Source: Methylothermaceae bacterium | Lineage (GTDB): Bacteria; Pseudomonadota; Gammaproteobacteria; Methylococcales; Methylothermaceae | Length of the DNA stretch: 24,000 nt | Assembly (NCBI GenBank): GCA_026981855.1 | Contig: JALSIB010000004.1 | Span: forward strand, 1-24,000 | Direction: 5' to 3' | Part shown: one piece after another, positions 14,589 to 23,919 of the stretch | Layout: every line of letters begins with the position of its first letter | How positions within the stretch are numbered: position 1 is the stretch's first letter | Position numbers and translations under genes: made by a program | The notes under the pieces: generated by a model | Seen by the model: the letters and a program-made list of their open reading frames with translations, nothing else | Database searches by the model: none | What the model was told of the DNA's origin: nothing

Positions 14589-15116
14589 TCAGTGGAATGC
14601 GGATGAAAGAAAGGGAAGCAGTTCGAAGGTCGCCACCATGGCGAACGCCACCCAGCGCAGGGAGCACACCCGCTCGGTCACTTCCGGCGGGGTGCCCATC
14701 ATCCGGCCGTGGATATGAAACGCCCAGGGCCACAGAAACAACGGTGAAGCGGCCTTGACGGCGGCGGTCAGGACGGCGGGATTCCCTGTCCAGGGGAAAG
14801 AGAGCAGGGCGGCGCCCCAGCCGTGGGCGGTGGCGTCGAAGACGGTCAGCCAGGCCAGCAGGGGCAGCCGCTGGGAGGCCCATTGGCGGATGACCCGCTC
14901 CCGCCCGGGGAGGTTCGGGCCGAGCCTCGGCACCCAGGGCAGAAGCGCCGCCATGGTCAAGTAAGTGGCGAAGCGGAACCAGACCGCCCGGTTTTCCAAT
15001 CCCTCGAGCAGCGCCAGGGTCGCCTGGGGACGGGTCAGCAGCCCCAGGGCCAGGGAGACGGTCAGCGCCGCGGCCAGCAGGGCCAGGAACAGCTTGATGC
15101 GGGTGACGGGTTTCAT
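14589..15116 (-). CDS. Hypothetical membrane protein in the T4SS operon
   Basis: 175-aa ORF whose ATG directly abuts the stop of the upstream gene (15117). It has four or five hydrophobic segments. Its position between the TIGR03755-like gene and the TraG_N gene is as in related ICEs. Confidence 0.65.
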   Translation of the reverse strand: MKPVTRIKLFLALLAAALTVSLALGLLTRPQATLALLEGLENRAVWFRFATYLTMAALLPWVPRLGPNLPGRERVIRQWASQRLPLLAWLTVFDATAHGWGAALLSFPWTGNPAVLTAAVKAASPLFLWPWAFHIHGRMMGTPPEVTERVCSLRWVAFAMVATFELLPFLSSAFH

Positions 15117-16565
15117 TCAGGGCCCCAGTGGCGCTACAGCCGGCGCGGCCGGTTCAGATTCGGGCAGCTGGATCCCCCCGCCTTCGAGGTCTTTCATGTC
15201 ACGGGGCAGCTCGGGTTGGGCGCTGTCGCTCTCGTGGCGGGCACGCCGGTGCTTCATCCGCAGCACCGCCAGGGCGGTATTGGAAGACAGTTCCTTGCGG
15301 ATCCTCGATTCATAGAGCACGTCGTCGATCTCCCGCTCCAGGACGGCGATCTTGTCGTCGATGGCGGCGACGGCGGCCTGGTTGACCGACACATTGGGTT
15401 CTTGCCGGCCGGTGACCAGCAGGCGCCTCAAGACCATCGCCTTTTCGACCACCTGAGCGGTTGCCGCTTCCGCCGCCAGGCGGCCGGCGGCCGTGTCGCG
15501 CTCGGACGGCGGCAGGGCGCGCAGGCCGGCGATCACCTGGCGAGAGACCGCCACCCCCGGCGCCGACACTTTCTCCAGATTGTCCGGGGTGAGCGGCAGA
15601 CTGCCCGCGATCAGCTCTCCCAGCGTGGCGGAGACTTCTGCGGTCCGTTTCTCGATCTTGGGCCACAGTCCGTGGCCGGGCTGGGTTGTGGGAGCGGACC
15701 CGTCGACGGTGTGGATCAATTCCTCGCCCAGCACGTCCCGGGCGAAGGCCTCGGCATCGCCGGGTCCGGGCCACAAGGCCGACAGGCGCGTGCCGGCGGG
15801 CGCCGGAGCGCTCGAGAGAGGATCGGAGCGGTTGAGGGTGACGTTGTAGCCGGCCCGGGTGATATCGGTCACCACCTGGATGGGCGGCTGGTCTTCGCCG
15901 CCCTTGCGCTGGCCGCCGACCCAGGTGACGCCGTTTTTGCCGTTGTTGTCCTCGACGGTCTTGCGGGCGGTATCCACGTCGGTGGAGGCCGATTCGCTGC
16001 CGCCGCCTCCCATCATGCTCCGCCAGTCCTCGGATTTTGCGATGTTGATCCAGTCCTGATACGGATTCTTGCCCTCGGAGATCTCCTTTTCCATCTGCTC
16101 GCATGTTTTGTTGGCCAGGGAGATGGTCAGCCGTGCCCGGGCCAGGGCGTTCTGGAACAAATCATAGAGACCCGGATTGGCGCGTTGTAGAATGAGTGCC
16201 GGCAGGGAGGCGACCGCCGAACCGGCCGCCGACACCAAGGCCGAGAGCATATCCTCGGCGCCTGATTTCACGTCGTTGAGTATATTGGTGACCCCGAGCA
16301 AGGGATCGAACTTGCCGCAGCTGTAATGCAGCCCAAGGTCGACGCCGGCGCTCAGGTCGATGGTCGTGACGCTTGGGTTGGGTGGGACCGTGACCGGCTG
16401 GGCGCCCCCCACCTCGTAGTACCACTCGCCGTCGGCCGACGGAACGACGGGGGGATCGGCATTGACCGCCATAGCCGTGATCGAGAGCAGCAGACAGAAC
16501 GCCGCCGGCCCATTAAGGATCCGACGGCGGCCAGCTCGTGTATTCGATTTTATTTTGATATTCAC
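15117..16565 (-). CDS. ICE T4SS protein, TIGR03755 (PFL_4711)-like, secreted
   Basis: The ORF is open from 16655. The signal-like segment GPAAFCLLLSITAMAVNA-DPP points to a start at GTG 16565 (or ATG 16610). The start is uncertain, and either choice overlaps the upstream gene end (16513). The family call rests on position and size. Confidence 0.7.
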   Translation of the reverse strand: MNIKIKSNTRAGRRRILNGPAAFCLLLSITAMAVNADPPVVPSADGEWYYEVGGAQPVTVPPNPSVTTIDLSAGVDLGLHYSCGKFDPLLGVTNILNDVKSGAEDMLSALVSAAGSAVASLPALILQRANPGLYDLFQNALARARLTISLANKTCEQMEKEISEGKNPYQDWINIAKSEDWRSMMGGGGSESASTDVDTARKTVEDNNGKNGVTWVGGQRKGGEDQPPIQVVTDITRAGYNVTLNRSDPLSSAPAPAGTRLSALWPGPGDAEAFARDVLGEELIHTVDGSAPTTQPGHGLWPKIEKRTAEVSATLGELIAGSLPLTPDNLEKVSAPGVAVSRQVIAGLRALPPSERDTAAGRLAAEAATAQVVEKAMVLRRLLVTGRQEPNVSVNQAAVAAIDDKIAVLEREIDDVLYESRIRKELSSNTALAVLRMKHRRARHESDSAQPELPRDMKDLEGGGIQLPESEPAAPAVAPLGP

Positions 16566-17547
16566 CTTTGATCTCGCAACATTTGTAAGGGCGCCAGAGG
16601 TTCCAGGCATAATCACCCGACTCGGCCACCTTGCCATCGGCCCAGTCGGAACCATACAGATCGTTGACGCCGAACACCTCGCACGAGGCCGAGGCTTTGG
16701 GCGTCAACATCTGCCACTTGCAGGTGGTCGCGTTCCGCTCCATGCAATGGCCGGGCGGGAACACCAAATCGTCACCATCGGACGCCGGACCAGTCAGGGG
16801 GTTGTAAATATGCGGCTGGCCGTTCTGGGTGATGATGTCGGCGGTCCTTTGGGCGGTGACGGCGGCGGCCTTGGGATCGACAGCCTGATAGAGGAAGCCG
16901 ATCCTGGGATAGACGCTGCCCCAGGTGTTGAGAAAAAAGGTGCCAACCTCGCGCAATCCCGGAATCCAGCTGGGCGGCAGGTACTTTTCCACCAGGTTGT
17001 CGCGCCAGAAGGGGGAATCGACCGACGCCAGGAAGTGATACCGCATGTTCGAGGTCTGGCTGGGGCAGTCGATTTCACCGGCGATGGGATTGCCGATCGC
17101 GGCCGTGTCCTTGAAGATCAGGTCTTCGTGGGGTTGGTCCTTGTGATCGTCGAGGCCTTCCTCGGCCCGGTTTCCGCCGCCTTGTTTGCCGTGGTTGAGG
17201 TAGGAATAGAACATGCCCAGGGCGCCGGTTTCCATCTCGCCGTAAATCATATTGGCCTCGCTCCAGGGGATGTCGGCCCCGGCATTGCTGGCGGTGACCA
17301 CCACGTCGGGCTGGTAGTGGGCCCGAAGGTCCGATTCTTCCGTGTGACATTCATAAAGAGTGCACACCAGCCACACACAGACGCCGATGATTTCGTACTT
17401 GCCGCAGCTCCAAAAACCTGCCCACGACTGCATGGTGATCGACATCGTGGACAAAGCATCTTCAGATTCGCCTGATGAATCATCAGCACCACCGCAAGTC
17501 AGCCACAGCGCCAGGATCACCGCCGCCAGCAGCCGGCGCGGCTTCAT
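16513..17547 (-). CDS. ICE T4SS protein, TIGR03756 (PFL_4710)-like, secreted
   Basis: The true start is ATG 17547 (MKPRRLLAAVILALWLTCGGA, a signal peptide), which overlaps the stop of the upstream gene (ATGA). The ORF-track N-terminal extension to 17988 is Arg/Pro/Gly-rich junk that overlaps the 17544..17981 gene. Confidence 0.8.
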   Translation of the reverse strand: MKPRRLLAAVILALWLTCGGADDSSGESEDALSTMSITMQSWAGFWSCGKYEIIGVCVWLVCTLYECHTEESDLRAHYQPDVVVTASNAGADIPWSEANMIYGEMETGALGMFYSYLNHGKQGGGNRAEEGLDDHKDQPHEDLIFKDTAAIGNPIAGEIDCPSQTSNMRYHFLASVDSPFWRDNLVEKYLPPSWIPGLREVGTFFLNTWGSVYPRIGFLYQAVDPKAAAVTAQRTADIITQNGQPHIYNPLTGPASDGDDLVFPPGHCMERNATTCKWQMLTPKASASCEVFGVNDLYGSDWADGKVAESGDYAWNLWRPYKCCEIKGEYQNKIEYTSWPPSDP

Positions 17548-17981
17548 GGAGCGGCCTCCCCGAAATCGCGCCGCCATTGGGCCAGCACCTTCAGCGGATC
17601 GCTTTCGCCGTAGAGCACCATCCGGCCATCGACGACCGCGGCCGGCAGCCGTTTCAACCGGTATCGCCCGGCGAGCGACGGCCCGGCCATGGCCCTGGCC
17701 AGCCGGCTGCGCCAGGGTTCCTGGTCCAAGGCCTTCAGGCGCTTTTCGACGATGGCGCGGGCTTTCTTGCGGTCCGGCGGCAGTCCGCCGGCGTTGAGCA
17801 GGCCGTGAATCTCCTGTTTCATCCGTTTGGCCTCGTTCATGTCGTACACTTCGACGATGCAGCCCTGCCGTCGAACCTTCGCCAGGGAGGCCTCTGGCAC
17901 CCGGCCCTCGACGAAGAGCTGTATCAGGGGGCAGGCGCAGGCCTGCGGGACGATCAGGGCCAGGAGCCACAGGGGTCTCAT
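17544..17981 (-). CDS. ICE T4SS protein, TIGR03757 (DUF1525)-like
   Basis: 145-aa ORF with the signal peptide MRPLWLLALIVPQACA. There are ATGA overlaps at both ends (17978-17981 and 17544-17547). It holds the position directly after the ATPase, as in PFGI-1-class ICEs. Confidence 0.75.
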   Translation of the reverse strand: MRPLWLLALIVPQACACPLIQLFVEGRVPEASLAKVRRQGCIVEVYDMNEAKRMKQEIHGLLNAGGLPPDRKKARAIVEKRLKALDQEPWRSRLARAMAGPSLAGRYRLKRLPAAVVDGRMVLYGESDPLKVLAQWRRDFGEAAP

Positions 17982-20749
17982 TTTTCACCCCCCCGGATCC
18001 GGTCCAGTTCTTCGGCCACCTTTTCGGCGGCGGCCAGCTCGTCGATGCCGAATTTTTCCATCAGCTCGGCGCGTCTGGCCTTTTCCTCCTTCTCGGTCAT
18101 GGCCAGGGCCAACGACAGGGCCGGCGGGACGTTGCGGAATAGCAGCGCCATCTCGTCCGACAAGGCCACCCCCTCGGTATAGAGTGGCGGCTGCTTGCGG
18201 GCGGCCAGCAGCAGGGCCCGCTGTTCCTCGCTGAGAGCCTTGAAGCGGGCGATCTGGTCCACTTCGTCCTTGGGCATGACCAGGCACAGCCACCACTCGA
18301 TCATGTTCAGCAACCGGGCGGTGCTGTCGGGAAAATCCTGGAGATTCTGGGTTGCGACCCAGTACCAGGCGCCCAGTTTCCGCCACATCTTGACGATCTT
18401 GACGATATAGGGGGCCAGGAGGGGGTTGACCATGATCAGGTGGCATTCGTCGGTGAGCACCAGGGTCGGCCTCGGATCGTGCTGATACCGCTCGATCAGG
18501 CCGTGGATATGATTGATGAGCCCCATGTAGGCCACCGTCAGCTGGTCCTCATAGCCATCGCGCGCCAGGATGCCCAGATCGACGAATGTGGCATCCACCT
18601 CGGGCCAGGGAGTGCCCTCGCGGTTGAAAAAGTTGCCGGCCAGTCCCGTGCAGAACATCTCCATGGCGTCGGCCATCTCCCCGGCCCGCTTGCGGCGCGA
18701 TTCCTCCAGTCCCTCAAGGGTGCGCAGGGCCCTGACGACATCTTCGGTCAGCACCTGCCTCCGACCCACCCGTTTGACCTCCCGGGCGGCTTGGATCAGG
18801 GCCTTGCGTATGAGCAGACGGTCGGCGCGGCGCAGGCGCTCTTCTTCCCGGGGATCGCCGCCGGTGATCATGGTCCGGGCGGCGATTTCCATTTCGCCGA
18901 GCAGATCGCGCTCGGACAGATCCTCGTCTTCGTCGTCGTAGTCGTTGGTGGGATCGTCGTCGAGGTCGGTCGGCGAATCCAGATCCAGGTCGAGATGGTA
19001 GCGCCCGTCCAGTAGCTTGACGCCGTGCGCGAACGGCGGCACGGCGATGTCGGCATTGGGGGAGAATTGCACCCGGTTGACCGACAGCCCCTGTTTCTTG
19101 AACCACCGGGCCAGCAGGCCGAAGCTGTCCCCGGCCTCGATCACGAACAAGCGGGGGCGGTGCATGGCCATCATGTGCATCATCAGATAAACCAGGGTGG
19201 CAGACTTGCCGGCCCCGGTGGGGCCGATGATCAGCGTGTGGGCGTTTTTCTTCCGGTCTTTGAGGTTGAGCGGATCGAACATGACCGGCTCGCCGCCGCG
19301 GTTGAAAAACAGCATCCCCGGATGGCCGCTACCGGTGGAACGGCCGTAAAGAGGAGCCAGATTGGCGGCATGGCGCGAGAATAACAGACGGGAACGCCGG
19401 GCGTGTTTTTCGTCGAACTGATGGTCGTAAGCCATCGGCAGGTTTTTGATGTAGCTGTCGAGGGGGATCAGATCCTGCCGGTCTACGATCGGTTGCAAAC
19501 CCGAGGCGATGAGCAGGGACGCGGCCTGGCGCATTCGACCTTGGATGTCGTGAAGATCGCGGCCGCGCAGATAAAAAGCGGTCTGTAGCTGATAGAGCTT
19601 ATTGCCTCGAGCCAGCTCCTTGAGCGCCTTGTCGGCGTCCTCGGCGGCCAGTTCCGCTTCGGCCGAATCACCCACGGCGCGGCGGCGGATGTGGTGCAGG
19701 TGGTTCTTCACCTGGTCCTGGGCGAGGACCACCACGGTCATCGCCATGACCGTGCCCTCGGGCATGCGGTCGAACACCGAATAGATATGGTCGCCGATCC
19801 GCCGTTCGGCGGTCAGGGCCCCGATCTCGGGAATCCGCCGCAGCGCCTGGATGGTGATCGCCCGGTGCGGGAGACCGTCGAACCACCACAATCCGTTTTC
19901 CTGATCGGAATGGGGCAACCCCAGCATCAGCATTTCCGAGAAATCGTGCCCGAAGGGCCGCTCCGCTTCGCTTTCGGGCCAGGGTGTCTGGGCCAGGGCC
20001 GCCTCGGTATCGCCGGAGGTCAACAAGGGATTGGGATTGAGCCAGCGGAACATCCACTCGTACAGATCCCTGCCCTCCAGCCGTTTCAGGCGCACCCCGG
20101 CCGACATCAGCGAGACCGCCAGTTTTTCAGCCACCTCGTTGACCGCCAGTTCGGGCGTCAGCAACCCCAACCCCAGGCCGGTCACCCGCCGGTAGAGAGC
20201 CAGCCGCACTCGGCGGCGCACCCCCCGCCACGGGGCACCGGTGACGTTCTCGTCATGGAAAAGTCCCTGAGGCCGCTGGATGCTTTCCAGGTGCCTGCGG
20301 ATCACGTTCATCCAGGCCTGGTTATAGGGGGTGCCTCGGGCTCTGGGGGTGGCGTAACGTTCGATGTCGCCGGCCAGCTGGCCCAGGCTGGGTTCGTCCT
20401 GGACATAGAACTGGACGATCCAGGGGGATTCGTGATCCTCGGGAATGGATTCGTTGAGGGCCGCCTGAATCTTGTCGCGCAGCTCCACCATGAAGGCCCC
20501 GGGACGGGCTTCGACGCCGGCCACTTGGGCCTCGAACAAGGCCCCGACCGATTTGCCGTCGTCGAGCAGGAACGTCTTGCTCTCTTCGTCGTAATCCAGC
20601 CACGGCAGCAGATTGGTGAACGCACTGGGACGTTCGTACATCCGGCGGATTCTCGCCCGGGTCGGCGGCTTGTCGCTTTCGCGCCGGCGGGGAATGCCTT
20701 TGTCCTTGGCGGGGGATCGGCCAAGAAACGCGGGGGGCAGAAAACTCAT
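17978..20749 (-). CDS. Conjugative transfer ATPase, VirB4/TraC-like (TIGR03744, PFL_4706 class)
   Basis: 923-aa ORF. Walker A is LIIGPTGAGKSATL; the Walker B-like motif is PTLVLTDECHLI. The N-terminal block ERPSAFTNLLPWLDYDEESKTFLLDDGKSVGALFE is typical of this class. The ATG at 20749 overlaps the lipoprotein stop; an alternative start is ATG 20641. Confidence 0.95.
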   Translation of the reverse strand: MSFLPPAFLGRSPAKDKGIPRRRESDKPPTRARIRRMYERPSAFTNLLPWLDYDEESKTFLLDDGKSVGALFEAQVAGVEARPGAFMVELRDKIQAALNESIPEDHESPWIVQFYVQDEPSLGQLAGDIERYATPRARGTPYNQAWMNVIRRHLESIQRPQGLFHDENVTGAPWRGVRRRVRLALYRRVTGLGLGLLTPELAVNEVAEKLAVSLMSAGVRLKRLEGRDLYEWMFRWLNPNPLLTSGDTEAALAQTPWPESEAERPFGHDFSEMLMLGLPHSDQENGLWWFDGLPHRAITIQALRRIPEIGALTAERRIGDHIYSVFDRMPEGTVMAMTVVVLAQDQVKNHLHHIRRRAVGDSAEAELAAEDADKALKELARGNKLYQLQTAFYLRGRDLHDIQGRMRQAASLLIASGLQPIVDRQDLIPLDSYIKNLPMAYDHQFDEKHARRSRLLFSRHAANLAPLYGRSTGSGHPGMLFFNRGGEPVMFDPLNLKDRKKNAHTLIIGPTGAGKSATLVYLMMHMMAMHRPRLFVIEAGDSFGLLARWFKKQGLSVNRVQFSPNADIAVPPFAHGVKLLDGRYHLDLDLDSPTDLDDDPTNDYDDEDEDLSERDLLGEMEIAARTMITGGDPREEERLRRADRLLIRKALIQAAREVKRVGRRQVLTEDVVRALRTLEGLEESRRKRAGEMADAMEMFCTGLAGNFFNREGTPWPEVDATFVDLGILARDGYEDQLTVAYMGLINHIHGLIERYQHDPRPTLVLTDECHLIMVNPLLAPYIVKIVKMWRKLGAWYWVATQNLQDFPDSTARLLNMIEWWLCLVMPKDEVDQIARFKALSEEQRALLLAARKQPPLYTEGVALSDEMALLFRNVPPALSLALAMTEKEEKARRAELMEKFGIDELAAAEKVAEELDRIRGGEK

Positions 20750-21129
20750 GGCGCCACCTCCCCCGGCAGGGCGTACCGGGTGGTTTCATACATCGGAAAG
20801 GCCGTGGCGTAACCGGGAACCGGAGTGCCCGCCGGCGACAGATGGGGGAACACATACATCACTAAAGTAGGATTGGGGAGCGCCGGAAACACTTGGCCGA
20901 TCTCGGTGGCCTGGGTCCGGGTCCAGCCGGACAAGTCCCCACCACCCCGGGAGATCTCGCGCATCCGAAACACTTCACGAGGTTCATCGCGGCGATGCAA
21001 CGCATCCATGTGCCGGTGATAGATCTCGCTCATGGTCGGTCCCGTCTCCTTGATGATGTCGTCCTTGGTAGCGCAGCCGTCAATCAAGGCCGCCGACAGA
21101 CACAGTGGTATCAGCCATTTGCCAGTCAT
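20746..21129 (-). CDS. Conjugal transfer lipoprotein (TIGR03751-like)
   Basis: The start is at ATG 21129: MTGKWLIPLCLSAALIDGC has a lipobox (LIDG-C). GGAAGGAG lies 8 nt upstream. The start overlaps the 3' end of the upstream gene by 50 nt, out of frame. Confidence 0.85.
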   Translation of the reverse strand: MTGKWLIPLCLSAALIDGCATKDDIIKETGPTMSEIYHRHMDALHRRDEPREVFRMREISRGGGDLSGWTRTQATEIGQVFPALPNPTLVMYVFPHLSPAGTPVPGYATAFPMYETTRYALPGEVAP

Positions 21130-22498
21130 GGTCCAGTCTCCTTCCCTCAGGTTCGAAATCGATGGGCAGTTCCACATCCACATGGACGGCGACCTCGTGG
21201 CCACTGGGAACAAAAACCGCGTCGTACAGATCGGCGGCGCGCTCCTGAAGCCACTTGGCCACCTCCCCGGCGCCGCCGGCCAGGGTCTCGTAGCCGGCCA
21301 TTTGCAGGGCCTTGTTGGGATCGACCGTGGTGGTCACCACCCCGGTCAGCGGGGAGATCTGCTGGGTGGTCCGGCTTTGCGACAGGGCCTTGGCCGCGGC
21401 CTCCACGCCCTTGGCGGTCACCCGTCCGGCCAGGTAGGAGGCGGCATTGGAAATCCGCTTGCCGGTGATGCAGGGCACTCCGTAGGCGTCGGAGATCCAG
21501 CCCAGCGGCCGGTTGTTCTGACTCCTGCGCCGGTTGCGCTGGTTGCCGCCGGTCTGCTGAAGGGAGCCATCATCCGACGACAGGGTGCGAATGGTGCCGT
21601 CGTCGAAGAGATACGTCACCGAATGGACGACCCCGCGAACGCAACTGAGCGTCCAGTCGCCGACCGCCTTGCCGGAGAAGACCATACCGGCGACGTGGGG
21701 GATTTCCAGACCGTTGGCCGCCAGGTTTTCCGCGCCGACCAAGACCTTGAAGGGAAATGGATCCTCCACCTGCCCCTTGTGCGGCACCCGGCCGATGAGG
21801 GCGGTCATGGCGACCGAGCCGATCAGGGTGGCATTCCTGGGCACGGTATAGACCGGTTCCGCAACTTGTCCTGTGACGGCGGTATCCAGCGATTCGGCCG
21901 CCGCCTCGATCCGCTCGCGGGCGGCATGGGCACCGCCGCCCAACAGCCCTTTGACTTTGCCGGCTGCCTGGGACAGGGGGCCTTTCTCCAGGGCCTCGGG
22001 CGGAATATCCAAAGGATCGATCCACGTCAATTGAGTGGTCCGAACCGTCCCGCCTTCCAGGCCGAAGCCGGCCGGGACCTCTTGTCCGCCCCCAAATTGT
22101 TTGGCGTTGGCTTCGAGCACCTGCTGGCTCAAGGCCTCCAAGCGCTGCTTCAGGGCCGCCATCTGGGCATCGCGTTCACTCGCCTCGAGCTTTTGGCGCC
22201 GCTCAAGATCGCGCGTCACCTCCCGGCTCACCCGGCTGGCGACCTGATCGCGGATTTGTGTGAGGCGTTCGTTCTCGGCGCGCAGTTTTTCGGTTTCAGA
22301 TTTGAGCGCCGCCACTTCCGCCGTGAGGGTGCGGATGGTGTCCGCGGGGGTGTCTGCATCGGGCGAGGGCGCTTTGGGGACGGCGGTCATGGCGGCGCCG
22401 CCCGATCCACCGCCATCGCAGCCGCGCATGGCGACGACCACCACCACCAGAAGCGCGAAACCTGCCAGTAGCGGCAACAGCCGGTTGATGGCATTCAT
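21080..22498 (-). CDS. ICE T4SS protein, TIGR03752 (PFL_4705)-like (coiled-coil plus periplasmic domain)
   Basis: 472-aa ORF with the N-terminal TM anchor LLPLLAGFALLVVVVVAM, followed by a coiled coil (LTAEVAALKSETEKLRAENERL) and a C-terminal domain. ATGA overlap with the upstream gene at 22495-22498. Confidence 0.8.
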   Translation of the reverse strand: MNAINRLLPLLAGFALLVVVVVAMRGCDGGGSGGAAMTAVPKAPSPDADTPADTIRTLTAEVAALKSETEKLRAENERLTQIRDQVASRVSREVTRDLERRQKLEASERDAQMAALKQRLEALSQQVLEANAKQFGGGQEVPAGFGLEGGTVRTTQLTWIDPLDIPPEALEKGPLSQAAGKVKGLLGGGAHAARERIEAAAESLDTAVTGQVAEPVYTVPRNATLIGSVAMTALIGRVPHKGQVEDPFPFKVLVGAENLAANGLEIPHVAGMVFSGKAVGDWTLSCVRGVVHSVTYLFDDGTIRTLSSDDGSLQQTGGNQRNRRRSQNNRPLGWISDAYGVPCITGKRISNAASYLAGRVTAKGVEAAAKALSQSRTTQQISPLTGVVTTTVDPNKALQMAGYETLAGGAGEVAKWLQERAADLYDAVFVPSGHEVAVHVDVELPIDFEPEGRRLDHDWQMADTTVSVGGLD

Positions 22499-23286
22499 GG
22501 CGCAGCCTCCTCGAAGGGGCCGTTCGAGATCAGATAGACGGCGGTCTCATCGCCGATCTCGCCGGCTGGTTGCAAGCGGTTGTGCTGGAAAGTGGCCGCC
22601 CGCCAGGCGCCACGTAAATGCCTGGGGTCGAGCTCGACGGGGAACGGTTCCAGGTTGCGCAGCCTGACCGCGGTGACCGTGAGCCGGCCGCTGCGCCAGC
22701 TGGCGGCGGGCACGGACTCGATATGAGCCAGGCGGATCAGGGCGGGCACCGGGGTCCGGTCCACCGCGACCCGGCGCACGCCCCGGGGCGGTTGCCACAG
22801 CCGTTTGGGGGCATAGAGATGACGGGCGGCAAGGCGGGTCAGGGCGACATAGCCGAGGGGATTCGGGCGGCGCTTGGCGGTTTTCCCCTGGCCGGGGGAC
22901 AGCTGTCGGCCTGCGCTCTCTTCGAGCGCCGGATCGAGAATTTCCACGGGGTCCGTGGGAGCCTGTTTATCTGCCGACAGATCCACCAGCCACACCTTGC
23001 CCGAATTCAGCCCCTGGATTTGGATCCGGTGCGGCGGAAAGGGTTTGTCCGCCCGCCAGTACACCACACCGGCGGCGCTCTGGGTTCTGAGTACGCCATC
23101 GAGGCCGGCCGGCACCCCCACCCGGACATCCTCGGGGAAGGTCACCAAGCGCTCGGCGCCCACCTTGAGACGGACAGGCACCGGGGCCTTGCGCCACAGC
23201 ACCCGGACAGTTTCAGTGTCACCCACTGCCGACAGCGGCAGTAAGCTGAGACAGACCAGATATACCATCAAGATGCGCATCCTCAT
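22495..23286 (-). CDS. ICE T4SS protein, TIGR03749 (PFL_4704)-like, secreted
   Basis: 263-aa ORF with the signal peptide MRMRILMVYLVCLSLLPLSAVG. ATGA overlap at 23283-23286. The family call is by position and size. Confidence 0.75.
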   Translation of the reverse strand: MRMRILMVYLVCLSLLPLSAVGDTETVRVLWRKAPVPVRLKVGAERLVTFPEDVRVGVPAGLDGVLRTQSAAGVVYWRADKPFPPHRIQIQGLNSGKVWLVDLSADKQAPTDPVEILDPALEESAGRQLSPGQGKTAKRRPNPLGYVALTRLAARHLYAPKRLWQPPRGVRRVAVDRTPVPALIRLAHIESVPAASWRSGRLTVTAVRLRNLEPFPVELDPRHLRGAWRAATFQHNRLQPAGEIGDETAVYLISNGPFEEAAP

Positions 23287-23915
23287 TTATCCTCTTCCGG
23301 TTCCAGACGGCGGGGACCGGGCTCGGCGAAGCCATCGAGCGCCAACCCCCACGGATTTTGGTCGATGGACACATCGTGCCGGACCACCCGGATCGGATAG
23401 CGGGCCGTCAGATCCTTCACTTTCATTCCCTTGACGTACTCCACCACGTTGAGATCGAGGGTCACCACCCACACCCCGGGGGCGAGCACTTTCACCCGCT
23501 CTTCGCTGTATCCGTGACCGAACATCTCCTGCACGAAACGTATCCGTCCCCGCAGCTCGCCGCCTTGCCCGCGGGCGTGGAGGTCGGCCTTGAGACGCTC
23601 GAGGAAGGTCGGCGTCAGCATGTGTTGCAGCGCGTAAATTTCCTTGCCATAGTCCTCTTCGCCGTTGTCCGGCCAGTAGTTGAGCTGCTGGAAGACCCGG
23701 TAGGCGAAGGCATAGACGTTGGGCTTGGGCACCTCGTCCAGAGCGACCGTGGCCCCGTTGGACAGATCCGGCGGAATATGTACCCGGCGCACCGCCAGGG
23801 ACCGGGCCAGCAGGCTGTTTTGCATCACGATGTACACCACCTGTACGGCGATGACGGCCAGCAGAATGAAGACGACCAGGCGCAAGTTCAGGTTCTGGCT
23901 ACGATACTTGAACAT
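23283..23915 (-). CDS. ICE T4SS protein, TIGR03746 (PFL_4703)-like, single-pass membrane
   Basis: 210-aa ORF with the N-terminal TM segment LRLVVFILLAVIAVQVVYIV. GGAG lies upstream of the ATG at 23915. The family call is by position. Confidence 0.75.
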   Translation of the reverse strand: MFKYRSQNLNLRLVVFILLAVIAVQVVYIVMQNSLLARSLAVRRVHIPPDLSNGATVALDEVPKPNVYAFAYRVFQQLNYWPDNGEEDYGKEIYALQHMLTPTFLERLKADLHARGQGGELRGRIRFVQEMFGHGYSEERVKVLAPGVWVVTLDLNVVEYVKGMKVKDLTARYPIRVVRHDVSIDQNPWGLALDGFAEPGPRRLEPEEDK

Positions 23916-23919
23916 CGGC

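Noticed and set aside
13521-14606. 361-aa plus-strand ORF antisense to the TraG_N gene
   Set aside because: It lies entirely inside a well-supported minus-strand gene. Its composition is Gly/Arg/Val/His-rich and low-complexity, typical of stop-free antisense frames in GC-rich DNA. It has no SD and no recognisable motif.
14823-16190. 455-aa plus-strand ORF antisense to the TIGR03755-like gene and the membrane protein gene
   Set aside because: Same reasoning: a Gly/Arg/Pro/Gln-rich antisense shadow ORF in ~65% GC DNA with no motifs. The nested minus-strand ORF 15310..16104 is rejected as well.
16462-17475. 337-aa plus-strand ORF antisense to the TIGR03756-like gene
   Set aside because: An antisense shadow frame with no family motifs. 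The sense-strand gene has a clear signal peptide and operon coupling.
17548-17988. N-terminal 147-aa extension of ORF 16513..17988
   Set aside because: The extension is Arg/Gly/Pro-rich and overlaps the TIGR03757-like gene in another frame. A proper signal peptide begins at the internal ATG 17547, which forms an ATGA junction with the upstream gene.
19691-20812. 373-aa plus-strand ORF, and other ORFs (18440..19015, 19025..19384, 19668..20057, 20308..20724, 20322..20855) within the ATPase gene
   Set aside because: All lie inside the 923-aa Walker-motif ATPase gene. Their Arg/Pro/Gly-rich low-complexity translations are GC-driven artefacts.
21032-22471. 479-aa plus-strand ORF antisense to the TIGR03752-like gene; also 22618..23244 and 22874..23434
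   Set aside because: These are antisense shadow ORFs. The minus-strand genes have signal or TM segments and ATGA coupling, while these have neither SD nor motifs.
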